Shown here: positions 36,238-49,328 of the stretch, in pieces
Numbering within the stretch: position 1 is the stretch's first letter
How the letters are laid out: each line of letters opens with the position of its first letter
Assembly (NCBI RefSeq): GCF_006345805.1
Contig: NC_042999.1
Coordinates: 46,376,001 to 46,440,000 of the forward strand
From: Octopus sinensis
Taxonomy: Eukaryota
Direction of reading: 5' to 3'
DNA: 64,000 bases
Made by a program: the position numbers and the translations under genes
Notes under the pieces: model-generated
What the model was told of the DNA's origin: nothing
The model's input: only the letters and a program-made list of their open reading frames with translations
Databases searched by the model: none

Positions 36238-36315
36238 ATTTCCAGAATACGTTACAAGTTTTGTATTGAAGAATTTGGTCCACGTATTAGCTTTGCTTTT
36301 TGGAAATCCAATCAG
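36238..36315 (+). CDS. INTU: Inturned exon: FPEYVTSFVLKNLVHVLALLFGNPI(R)
   Basis: ccttttcttcatatcAG acceptor and AG|GTAAGA donor; 78 nt, phase 2-2; positionally equivalent to recalled [26 protein letters not shown]. Confidence 0.82.
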
Positions 36316-36422
36316 GTAAGAAGTGTTTGTTCTGTTAGTATTGTTATTGTCTGACTTCGATTGTACATGTTACTAGTTGCGAAAGCTATATTACATAAAA
36401 ATTCAATTCCAACGTATGTGTA

Positions 36423-36458
<36 letters not shown>

Positions 36459-36867
36459 AGTGAACCTGTGCACTGGGCAAAATGCTGAGCGGCATTTCGC
36501 CCGTCTACACATTCCGAGTTCAAATTCCGCTGAGGTCAATTTTACCTTTCATCCTTTCAGGGTCTATAAAATAAGTAGCATTTAAACTCTGGTGTCGATG
36601 TAATTGATTTACTCCCATCCACGAAATCACAGGCCTTATGCCAAAATTTGAAACCAGTACGTACGTACATACAAACATACATACATACATACATGTTTGT
36701 TCCTTCTCGAGCCATGCATGGCCCATTAGGGCCGGTTTCCCGGTTTCCTTGGCGTATAGGTTCCCCACCTGAACGGGATGCCGGTCCGTCGCAGGTGAGC
36801 TGCAAGATGCAGGAGGAAAGAGTGAGAGAAAGTTGTGGTGAAAGAGTCAGCAGAAGTTTGCCATTAC

Positions 36868-36901
<34 letters not shown>

Positions 36902-37144
36902 AATAGACACACACTCACACACATACAATTTTTTTCAAAGTTTTATTTCTTACTGCTGAAGTTTTTTCTAAAAATTTTATACTTTGAAAAGACATACAGT
37001 TTATTGAACTTTCATTCTGTTGTACCACGTAGATAACTGATATTCTCAGTGATAGATTCATGTTTAGCAACAACAAAAAGGAAACGACAATAAACACGAA
37101 ATAATTATATATATAAATAGATATTTTGGGTTTATAACAGTCAT

Positions 37145-37292
37145 AGGCACAGGAGTGGCTTTGTGGTAAGTAGCTTACCAACCACATAGTTCCGGATTCA
37201 GTCCCACTGCGTGGTGGCACCTTGGGCAAGTGTCTTCTACTATAGCCTCGGGTCGACCAAAGCCTTGTGAGTGTATTTGAAAGAAGCCCGTC

Positions 37293-37354
<62 letters not shown>

Positions 37355-37560
37355 ATATGTTTGTGTGTCAATGTTTGTCTCCCCAAACATTGCTTGACAA
37401 CCGATGCTGGTGTGTTTAAGTCCCCGTAACTTAGCGGTTCGGCAAAATAAACCGATAGGATAAGTACTAGGCTTATTCCAAAGAATAATTCGCTCGACTA
37501 AAGGCAGTGCTCCATTATGGCCACAGTCTAATGATTGAAACAAGTAAAAGAGTAAAAGAG
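37145..37560 (+). mobile_element. SINE family A
   Basis: Family match. Confidence 0.88.
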
Positions 37561-39882
37561 AATGAGTATTTACATTTCAGGGAGGCTAATGAGGGATACC
37601 TGATTATCTGGTGGGCTCTTTCCCGCAAAAATACCTCTTTGATAGGACTCTGTCCCTTTACAAGACCAAGAAAGACAGTTTTCTCGTGCTTTGTCAAACT
37701 TCTCTCCTCGGATCTGCGTATAAGTATCTTTCACCGTTCTAATTATGGATGGAGTGAAGCGACATCAACTTTATATTACTATATAACCGTATCATTAACA
37801 AATGTTTAGGTAGCTTATAGTTCTAATTTCCATTGCTATAAATCTGAATTATAGTACAAGTATTAACCGCATTGTCCTAATTTCAATCGAAGTCATGACA
37901 GCAACGTCAAATGAAAATCAATGTTAGTGTATGACAGTTTAAACGGTGATGTCCTCCATGAATTCAGCTGAGCAAATAACTGAATACTGATACAATAGCA
38001 TCACAATAGCATCGAATATTCGGAGATGTATATTTGCTTCAGTCTCTGTACCAAATCAACTCCGGATATAATGTAAATTCCTTCTTAATTCCTGTGGGTC
38101 TTTTTAAGCAGATACTTAGCTTTGGCTTCATGGTATAAATCTGATTTGAAGCAAACCTCACTACTGCAGATAGAATTAGTCTGTCGCGGTTAACACTTAA
38201 TTTCCAGATGATTTAACCAACATCCTTGAGAAGTGATAAAATTAATTGGCGTAGGATAAAACACGAAACTCTTTACTACTAGTGATGCGATAGTTCAATG
38301 ATGTATTTTGTGTGTACGAACGCCCGAGAAGATATTGTATTCAATTAATGTTTCGAGTCAGAATAGACACAGTGGCAACTGGTGATAGTTGAGCCAATTG
38401 GGTATCGGACGGTGAACTGAAAAATCGTGGTATGTATAATGTGTTGTACCTCGTCAAAATACTTAGCCTCTAACAGGTTCTGGCTAAAACCGACAAAAAC
38501 CAAAAACAACATAATAAAACAAACGCTCAACTATCAATAAGTTGTCCAATATTTTATGTAGTTCAATATTTTATCCGCTCAGCCATCTCGCCTCTAAGGC
38601 AGCTTACTGCATTGCTATTCAATTACACTTCTCCAGAAGAAGATACGATGAAAAATATAGCTGTCATTTCCATAAGCGAATTGATTTCAGATACTGTAAT
38701 GTGCAACGGCTAATTTATCAGGACACGATAGCTATCTTCGTGGCAACATTTTACTGCTTCCAATGGTGCTAGTATGTTATGATGTAGAATTTGAATTGAC
38801 ATTTTATGAGTTTGTTATGTTCTGTGATTTATTGGGTTCGTTGGAACGTCAGTGGAGACATTGTGTTCATATAATAGGTCAAGGCAAGATAGAGGGAGTG
38901 AAAACTGTAAATAGCAGAGACGATTAGACGGTTAAGGATTTCGCGTGAATTATTCTTTAATCGGTACTGCACGCTGGTCAAGATTGTTCGCGTTCAATGT
39001 CTCACTCTTGCCAGTTGTAAATATGCATCAAAGGCGGCGATACAGCACACTTACTGTGTAAAGTGCATATACACGAAGTGTGACATTTCGTTAACCCGCA
39101 CAATTGTGTCAAATTCCATTTATGAAGTTGGTCATAATTAAAACATTAGCAACGCTGTTCAGTTCCAGCACTAGTTCTCTAATTACGCAAATATATCTAT
39201 ATCGATCTAGATTAGACGTGAAAACGATCGGTAATTATTTCCTCTTGTTTTTTCAGGTTCATACTTTTATTTAAGCCCATCACTGATAGCTAACAGAAAC
39301 ACTCGTGTTTAATATAATGCTTTTGAGTTCATACATTATCATTTTTAAATGATTCTATTAAAAGAGTAAGGGCGGTGACCATGATATTTTTACGGGCTTC
39401 CCTGAGCGGAGTGAAAAAAAAATATACTCAGATCGGAATCTAACCCGAATGGTAATCCTTTATGCTCCGCTAAAGGCACAGAAGGGCCTAATGGTGGTAT
39501 TAAACTAAGCGACGGATTAAGTATAATGCTGAGTAAGGACAGCTCGACTTACAGCAACTGTTTATCGATTCTTTTTATCAGCGGCACATCGCAGCCCCAG
39601 AAGGCAGGGTAAGAACTTCTGATTTATTAATCCAGGGGTTACCAAACGTTTTTTCTTTCTCCAGTGTATCCGTTTGTCACATCCTGCAGTGTTAGTGTAC
39701 ACATCATGAAGAATATACACTGAAATGGTTGAATACCATAAAACAGACAATAGTGGATACCATTTTATGGATAACATGAAACAATGCATAATTTGTCATT
39801 ATGTGTAGAAGTCAAGACGTGCAAACAACATATTTAACGTATCGTTTTATTTCATAAAATCTATTCATGAAATATAAAGGTA

Positions 39883-40443
39883 CTAGCAGTATCGCCCGGC
39901 GTTGCTCGGGTTTGTAAGGGAAATAACTATATAAGCATTTTTAGAGAGTTATAGCCAAAAAAATAGCAAAAAAATGCATTAAAAATGGAAAAAAATTGTG
40001 GTAAATTTTTTTTTAAATCGTTGACTCATCGTAGACATTTTCTGTTTTGGTGTCTTCAAGCCATGAAGTCGTTGTTCTAAAAGAACGCTGGTCTCCTTGA
40101 CAACGCTTTACGACGTTGATTTCCTTACACTCCCTTCCCCACAGCTTCACGAGGGAGGGAAGAAGGGGGAGAACCAACACAGGTGCAGGCGTGAGCGTGG
40201 ACGCCAACTCCGCCGCCATCGACACACGAAAAAATATGCATTAAAATGGAATAAAAAATGTTAAATTATTTTTAAAATCGTAGACTCATCGTAGACGCGC
40301 GCTAATACCCAGACGGGCTCGATATGAATCATGACTATAAGATACCCGGTTTTGGTTAAACTGCATCGCTAAATGTGGGAGTAGTTAGGAATCTAAATCG
40401 AAGGGGACAGACACTCACACAACTACAGTTTTATATATATAGA
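39883..40443 (-). mobile_element. Non-autonomous Helitron
   Basis: Minus strand begins A|TCTATATATATAAAA and ends with the CCCGAGCAACGCCGGG hairpin followed by ...CTAG|T; inserted between A and T with no TSD. Confidence 0.82.
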
Positions 40444-41799
40444 TATATTTATTGAAATGTAGTTTAGATTACGTCAAAATTCCAGTGTTTTTACAAATCT
40501 CGCTTACCCAGGTAATTTCATTTTTTGAAAATCCCTAAAAGTAATCAGTGGATAACTAACTATCACCCAATCGAAGATCTTCAAAGTTTTGTTATTGTTT
40601 ACGCTAAAATCATTGAATAGGAATTCTTTGTCCTATGCATGCGACATCAAACTTTACAGTAAATCATTTCAGACATTCGTAGTTCTCGTTTTATATAAAA
40701 AAAAATACAAAAAATATTTTTCTTTTACTAAGTTTGAAACAAAAATGTTCTGCCAAACTTCGAAAATATGTAGAAAATGTATAAAAAATATGTTAAACGC
40801 GTTCGTTTTTTTTATCCTTTATCACAACATCGACATAGTGTAAATATTTGTGGAAGATACAATAAAGAGTAAAATAAAATCGAGAAGTCACACAACTAGT
40901 GAAAGAATATTGAAAATGAAAACAGATTTCACTTGAAATTCGTATCAGCTTTTAGGCTCAGTCAGAAGTCGTTTGTTCTGTATTAATGGTTTTATAGATT
41001 ATGAAATCACGCATGCGCGTCGTTATAAGTGGAGTAGAGAGGACAAAATATAGGATGTGCAGTGAATACATTTATTTATTCCATATAATTCTTTCCTTTG
41101 CTCAAGTTGTTTAATCCCTGAGCAACACATATTATCCCGGTTCTCTTTTTAGAATCCAATGTCTTAAAGTTTTAATACGCCATGGAAATATATCATCCGA
41201 TATACATTAGATTTTTAAGACGGCATGGTGTAATTTCAGAGTGATTTGGCTGAAACTTCTAGGAAGTCGAGCATTAGATTCATTCATATGCTCGACTTTC
41301 TGTGGAGGCGATAGACAGATGACTGCATTTTTAAATAACAATATAAAAAATAAAGGAAATTAAATTGTATCAATCTTAGTTGCTACGTTTTTCGCTCCTT
41401 ACAAATAATTGTTCACGGCATGGTCTTGCTTCGACATTAAATAACTGCTCTACATGCTGCAAATTTCGGCATTATAGTTTCAGTGATATCAGTTATCACA
41501 GTAGTATTTTGACCAGAATTTGTTTGAAAGTTCGAAGAAATATTTTGCGGTTTTCTACCGGCTCTTTATTCAAAGAATCCAAATCTCGGCGAGGTCAAAA
41601 TTGCTTCTCATTTCTCCAGAATCGATAAAATAAAGTTGCAGTCAATTACTGGAGTTGATGTAATTGACTAACGCCTCACCTCAACAATTGCTGGCCTTGA
41701 TCCTAATTCAGAGGCAATTATTTTGAAAAGTTGCATCAAAGTATTGTGCTATTCTCCAAGGATGAACGTCGTTTCTATACTAGATTCCTTCAGTATTTA

Positions 41800-42830
41800 T
41801 TCGTCGTTGCCGACGTTTTATCGTGTGTCAGATAATTTATTTGGTTTCTTCTCGACCACTTCTTCCCCTCTGTCGATGTTTATGCTTCTGATGACTAAAG
41901 CAGCATCTATTGCAAAGTACCCAAGGGATCCGTGGTAGAGGATTTAGCTGTTGCTGCCTCCATTGCCTTTCTTGTCGTCTCTGTTCCTCTTTCCTTTGTC
42001 GTTCAGCTTCAAAATGATCTGTCACAGTGGAGATGGATCGATGCCAACTGGGCCTGTTCTGAGCTTTAATGTCCTGTGCTTTCGGATCGATTCGACTCAG
42101 TTTTAGGCTTTGCTTCAGCTGATCCTTGGATCAATGGAAGGGACGGCCACGGAGTCTTCTTCCAGTGGAAAGCTCACCATAGGCGCAGGAGTGGCTGTGT
42201 GGTAAGTAGCTTGCTAACCAACCACATGGTTCCGGGTTCAGTCCTACTGCGTGGCATCTTGGGCAAGTGTCTTCTGCTATAGCCCCGGGCCGACCAATGC
42301 CTTGTGAGTGGATTTGGTAGACGGAAACTGAAAGAAGCCTGTCGTATATATGTATATATATATATGTGTGTTTGTGTGTCTGTGTTTGTCCCCCTAGCAT
42401 TGCTTGACAACCGATGCTGGTGTGTTTACGTCCCCGTCACTTAGCGGTTCTGCAAAAAGAGACCGATAGAATAAGTACTGGGCTTACAAAAAATAAGTCC
42501 CGGGGTCGATTTGCTCGACTAAAGGCGGTGCTCCAGCATGGCCGCAGTCAAATGACTGAAACAAGTAAAAGAGTAAAAGAGAATATAAAATTTGACGCGG
42601 CAGCCTGGTTTTTTTTCATTCTTGCTAGTGACCCGCCCATTTCAGACGATGTTTCAGGATGGTAGCCTTGATGCCGCATTTCGTTCTCTCCAAAACGGAG
42701 ACATCGGTCACATAGGCGTTCCATTTGATATTCATAATCGAGTGGAGCTTCTGTTGGTGAAATCGCTCTAGTTGTTTGACGTCACTTCGGTAAAGAGTCC
42801 AGGTTTCACAATCACAGAGGAGTGTGGACA
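41800..42830 (-). mobile_element. RTE (BovB-like) LINE fragment split by a SINE A insertion
   Basis: CETWTLYRSDVKQLERFHQ...LKWAGH*ARMKKTRLPRQILY|GELSTGRR reads through once 42181-42583 is removed. Confidence 0.85.
42181..42583 (+). mobile_element. SINE family A (intact, CpG-rich)
   Basis: Full-length family match. Confidence 0.92.
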
Positions 42831-45764
42831 GTGTTTATTATGTTACCTGTATTAGTCGTGCAATTGTTGACTCAGTCTGAATTAGCTTTAATAAATTCCA
42901 GCTTAACTGCACACAGATATAAAATAGAATAAATTATCAAGACATCTGAATGTATTTTATGGCGTAAAACAAACACTAATCAGGTGACTAATGACTCCAA
43001 CAATAATCTCCGGTACAAAAAAAAAAAAAATTATCTAAACACTAACAAGCGATATCAGTTTTTAAAATGTATAGATAACATCCAGTAGTCAAGACAAACT
43101 TAGTTAATTAACTGAATAGAAAATTGCATTACTTTAATCACAATAAAGTAAATGCAATTTCTCGAACTCACTCATATGCAAATGTATTAAGCTACTAAAA
43201 GCGAATCTTGATTTTTGTAAAAAACATACATACACCACAACTTAAGATAGTCTACAGAGCTGAACATGGAGAACACATTGTGATTTTTCTCCAGTTTGTT
43301 TAAACGTTTAACGCTTTGACATCAGTGGGTCTAAATATTAATATAAAAGCGACAGATTTTACTAGAAGGACGATGTGGAAAGAGAAAGGTGAGCTTAAAC
43401 CTCTATAAATAGCCGGGAGGTCACCGCGACAACACCTGTTAAGTCAATTTCTTACTTCCTAGCTAGAGAATCACGCCATAGGTTATGCCGTTAGGAAGAG
43501 ATAACATCATTAATGTCAAATTCTGTTTGAGGCTAACATTTGAAATAAATTTGAAAATAGCACAATGAACCTTATTTCGCAATCATACGCATCTTGCACA
43601 AATGTTAAACAAAATTTGCATACACATTTGTGATCCAATAAACCACCAGGTCAGAAATATGAGTGAGGCGACAATTAACAAGGAAACAGATTACGATCAT
43701 CAACAATTTACATGTAACGAACTCAGAATGTAGACTACCAACTAATCGCATGAAAGATTTGCGTAGGAAAATAAATGCCCTAGACAGACGTTCTGCTTGG
43801 AAAATACAAATGTGAAGTTTCACAAATGCACCGAAAAGCGTTGATCACACGCTACTCGTTATATTACATGTAACGCCTCTGTCAGCTAATGATGAGCATG
43901 CACTTGCTCATGTCTATGTAGGACTGGAAAAATGTTTTGAGAAAGGCTGACAGTTGCCTATGCATGCAAGTTTCGTCTCTCGACACCACTAATGTTTATG
44001 CCTGTGAGCGTGTGTTTGTATATGTATGCACCTGTCTCCTTGTGTGTGCATGTCTGTGTGTGTGTGTGTGTGTGTGTGTTTTGCACACAAGGAGACAGAG
44101 GTGCATACATATACAAACACATGCTTACACACACACATACATAGAAATACACAAACACGGACATGTAAGCACATGAATATGCAGAACACGTACATACAGA
44201 TGCACACACATGCATACATATACATTTGCATACACGCACATATATATATACATACACGCACATGCATACATACACACATACATACATACATACATACATG
44301 CATACATACTACATGCATGCATGTATAGGCACACACACACACACACACACACTGACCCACACATATGCGCACAAACAAACAAAAAGGAACGCAGTGTAAA
44401 TAACGGAAAAGGTAAGACGCAACGAAAATAAGTGGAAATTTTACTGGTGAGTGTGTTACATTATAAGGCACGAAAAGAAAATGACTCTCCCCAGACACAA
44501 GAGAGTATATGATACATCTGCTCTTAAGAAAAACTGACCTACACAGACATTTGACTTATTAGAGCTAGCTGGCAAATCTTCTTTAAATCACACTCTGAAG
44601 ACTTCGAAAATGAAGGATACACTGGAAAATGTATTGCAAGGTCACTTGCAGAAAAAAAAGAAAAATGTAAAGAAAATAATGTATGATAATTATTGGAATG
44701 TCTTTTATCATAGGTCAGTTTGATCAGTGCTGACTTAGTGATAAACAACAAGAAGCACTGAACTCGCATCTACCTGCCGACACAGCAAGAAATCCTTTTA
44801 TGATTATGAAACTGCTGTATTGCTAACTTCCCAATAATTTCCATTGTCATCTTGTAAGAAAACTAATTCTTTTATCTTGACTTAGAACATACTCTGTCTG
44901 TTTGTCTCTGTCTTTTTTTCTAATTCTCTCTGCTAATGTCAAGGCAATTATGATATGATTTTACGAAAATTGATTGTGTTTATTTTTCAGTGTAGTCTCT
45001 GACGGTAAATGATGCAGTAAATGATAATCACATATGTATCCCACCCTTCATCTATAATCTCTACTGCTATGAATTCTCTTGATCTCTTTTATACATATTA
45101 CTAACATTTTAAACAATTATATCACAACTAAGAAAATACTAATTCATTTAGAACGATAACCTACCTCTACAAACTAGTTGACATTCCACGTCACTTTTTA
45201 CCATCCTGACATACATACTATTACAATTCATGTTGTAATTTCGCAGCAATTGCTTGAGTTCTGTCAGTATTACTTGCATTCAATGCATTTCCATTGGTAT
45301 TATAAGATGTATTTTCGTTTCTTCATTGCACATTAAATGAGGGTCTCAGACTCTGTTTACCAGGAATATGTCTCCTCTAAACGTTTTCTTTGTTTTTGTG
45401 CTACATATTAAAACTATGTACATGGTCTGTGATACGTATTATGCCGTAGCGTTTCATGCGTTTTGCATGCTTGCACTTGTTGCGAGTTAGGGAAGGTGAC
45501 TCAAGCTTGCTGTATCGGGCAGTTTTATGGTATTATGGTATGCTACTTGGGTAACTCTTTGCAGAACAACTATTGTGTATATCTTTATCTACCTCTGAAG
45601 AGATTCGACTTTCAAATAATTTTTAATTTAGTTAATTAATTTTTTGAGGTTCTGAATTGAAACAGCTGTAAGGGATGTTTGTCAATGTTTTAAATTAATA
45701 AATAATAATCTTAGTATTATAATAAATGATATATATATATATATATATCATCAATCATTTATAC

Positions 45765-46052
45765 CGACCAGACCATCAGATGTTGTTACACATCGCTGGT
45801 CACAATGCGTTCGCATTGTTTTAGCCTTCGAATGACGCCACCCCGCTGGCTAAGCGAGCAGTCCAACAGAAGAAAGAGTGGGAGAAAGAGTGGTGAAAGA
45901 GTACAGCAGGGATCACCACCCCCTGCCGGAGCGTCGTGGAGCTTTTAGGTGTTTTCGCTCAATAAACACTCACAACGCCCGGTCTGGGAATCGAAACCGC
46001 GATCCTGCGACCGCGAGTCCGCTGCCCTAACCACTGGGCCATTGCGCCTCCA
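45765..46052 (-). mobile_element. SINE family B
   Basis: Reverse complement of 6620-6920. Confidence 0.88.
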
Positions 46053-46153
46053 CACACACACACACATATATATATATATACATACACACACATACACACA
46101 CATACACACACATACACACACATACACACACATACACACACATACACACACAT

Positions 46154-46184
<31 letters not shown>

Positions 46185-46197
46185 CATACACACACAT

Positions 46198-46242
<45 letters not shown>

Positions 46243-46365
46243 CCACTGTTTATATAGTAACCTTGCAGTTGAGTATTAAATATAATGTTCAATACTCTTT
46301 GTATAGGTAATTAAGCAGTACTTTCATAGTATTTTGCTATCCCTGAATGGGGTTTGTAACGTTCA

Positions 46366-46401
<36 letters not shown>

Positions 46402-47319
46402 AGTGTTTGTGTGTGTGTGTATATATTTGGTGCTACCTGACAGAATATACTTCACCGAAGAGATCTGATGAGGCTGAAACTTGTGAACGTATGACATGAT
46501 AGTGTACACAACAGTTGGAGATGAATATTTGCATACCAAATAATCAGTTAATCACACTGAGATTTTGATAATGCTGAAGAAGAAGAATGACTAATACTAT
46601 TTAACACAAAACTACTTATCAATGATACCAAATCTGAACTGACTCAGCACAAATTCTTTGCATTATGTGGCATAAATGCGTTAATCAACGGATATATGTC
46701 CTATATCCTACAATAATTCAATATTGTTTATTTGGAGGTTTAATGTGTGCTGTTGACATAAATAAACCCAAGGAAAGGCTATCTGACAGACAAACGTTTT
46801 TGAACCTAAATCATTAAGAAAAAGAACTAGCGAACGATCTTCTGTTAAAGGCTTAATGCATATGATTCTTTATGTAAATTTCATCAACCAAATATAATTC
46901 AGAAGCTGAGCTAATAAAATTTTCTTTGTATTTTATTTGCTTAGGAAAAATTAAAATTCTCGATTATCGCAGAACTTCTCCTAAAGAAACCATTATAGAC
47001 TTAGCGATATTGTTGTCATTGTGCAGTGAGAATGAATATTTTGCTACTTATAGGGGCTATAATAAAAGAAAATCTGGTAAGCATTAATTAACAGAGTGAA
47101 ATTGCAATAATTACACTCATCCAAGTCTTGTCCTGCATATATATACTTTAATTGTGGTAAATTCTGGCCAATTTCTGGAGATCCTACACATAATTTAGCC
47201 AGTTCGGTTCATGACGTTGATGTGAAGAATATTAGTCCTAAACAGTCAGACCATTGGTAAGTGACTTTACGATATTAGTTGTGTCATAAATGGTAAATTA
47301 CATCGGCTTTTTTTTATAT

Positions 47320-48560
47320 TGAATGAACACCCAATTGAAACTCAATTGGATACTGGTAAAACATGTTTCATCATCATTTCGGGATTGTTGTTAATAAATT
47401 TAGTGCTTATCGAATCTACTGACAGACATTTAGCTTGTTGTGATGGTTCAAGACTAGAGCTACTTGATGCAGCAGCAATTTTGCTTGCCTTTCGAGATGA
47501 ACAGAATTTCAGTTTTGTTTTGATTGAAAGACCATATAACTTTGGAGTAATTAGTATACACATTTTGATAAGTCCATTGCTTTATGTCTGGTAAGGCAAT
47601 AACGTTAAAGTTTCATTACTGGATGGAAGTAAAATATCTCTTGTGAGTGATTAATTCCAGTAAACGTAGGTGCTAAGTAGAAAATAAACCCACTGTCTTG
47701 ATGTAACAGGAAACAATGCCATATCCATATGAAAGTATCAACAATGAAATGTTAATTGCTCAGGAGCTAAAGGATGAATTCTGTCTGATTGGTTCAGATG
47801 GGGGATGGCAAGAAGTTGTATGCAATAAATGAAAGCAATTGCCTTCACTTAGTCAATAGCTTTGGATGGTTCCAAAATTGTATGAAGTCTATTACGAAGA
47901 AAATTAACGGATTGATTACCTATCAAGGTGACATATTCCTCTTTGCAGCAGCCCAAAATAAAATGGAGAATCGAGAAACTGCAGTTATTGCGAGACTAAA
48001 AGACGCCAATGTATCCATTAACCCAAATAAATGCATTGATCATGCATCCTTCATAAATTTCATCGCAATTAATATTTCAGCGAAGATGAAACCATTATTT
48101 AATTCAACGGACATGATTCAATGGATCAATGTTCTTTAATCTAAAGAAGAAACTGAAAAATATTTGTCTGAGAAACAATTATTATCACATGAAAATTTGG
48201 ATGTAGTCGAGCCTCATCTTGCAGCAAAAAAGGTGTTGCTCGAAGAACAAGCCTTTGGGTTTATAAAGACAAAACCTGCACACTATTCTGTGTTGGTAAC
48301 ATTTTCTACCATATGTCAAGCAACTGTTAATGTGGAGGCTTCTGGACATTAGAGAATATTGCAAGTGAAACCTATGCGATGCTATGTTGTGCTGATATAT
48401 TGAGATATTTTCTGTTATGGAAATTTTTCATACAGGACGCTGATCATAGATCGTTAAACTGTTTTTAATCAAGAATCTTGATGTTCCAACAGAGCTTCCT
48501 AGCGCATTCCCTATATTATCAAAAATTCGGTTACAAAATCTTTGCATGGTCTGATAAAAC
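47320..48560 (+). mobile_element. Degenerate Ty3/Gypsy pol remnant
   Basis: Protease-like QLDTG; RT-like TYQGDI...VIARLKDANVSINPNKC; RNase H-like DHRSL near 48440; many stops. Confidence 0.7.
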
Positions 48561-48764
48561 CACAAATCTTAATAGTAAATGAAGTATGACTAAAACCATT
48601 TTGATTCAGGGTTCATTATATATGTATAACATACTGATATTGTTATGGTCGAATGAACTTTTTCTGGCACTCAATTAAAAGTAACAAAAATCACTTTAAC
48701 GTAAGTACACCACATGTTCAGTGAAAAAAATTGGTGTTGATCAAGTATAGGGGATCTTTACCTT

Positions 48765-49328
48765 TTGACCGACTGATTTAAAAAATAATTTTTTGTAACT
48801 AAACACTTTCAAACTTCGGACACTGGTAGAATGTGTCATATAAAACATCTTTTACTCTTAGCGTTTTTGACGTGTATTCAGCTGAATAAAATTACTGCCG
48901 TTGTTTGTCAACAACAACTATCGGCGGTGTATTTTTCGTTTGTCACTGTTATTTATGACATCGTGCGTTTGTACTGGTTTTACCTTTAAGGTTTTAGGGT
49001 TAGGGTGTTAGGGATTTAGGGTTAGGGTTAAGGTTTTAGGGTTAGGGTTAGCGTTTTAGGGTTAGTGTTGTCATAAATAACAGTGACAAACGAAATATAC
49101 ACCGCCGGAAGTTCTTGTTGACAAACAACGGCAGTAATTTTATTCAGCTAAATACACGTCATTGATTGGTTGAAATCACCAAAATACTACAACTTTAACG
49201 TGAAATAACTTTCTAAATATAAGCTTTTCTCAAAAACGCTAAGAGTAAAAGATGTTTTATATGACAAATTCTACCAGTGTCCGAAGTTTGATAGTTACAA
49301 AAAATTACTTTTTAAATCTGTCAGTCAA
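48765..49328. mobile_element. Foldback/MITE-like element with ~195-bp inverted arms around degenerate (TTAGGG)n
   Basis: 48765-48960 is inverted at 49069-49328 (right arm has ~70 extra nt); telomere-type repeats at about 48986-49066. Confidence 0.8.

Noticed and set aside
39257-39300. Strong acceptor (cctcttgttttttcAG) as an INTU exon
   Set aside because: Stop within 12 codons in the required phase, and the flanking exons join correctly without it
43400-43420. TATAAATAG as a promoter
   Set aside because: An isolated TATA-like motif in AT-rich intron DNA is expected by chance
46465-46482. CTGATGAGGCTGAAAC hammerhead-like motif
   Set aside because: No room for stem II and no flanking stems
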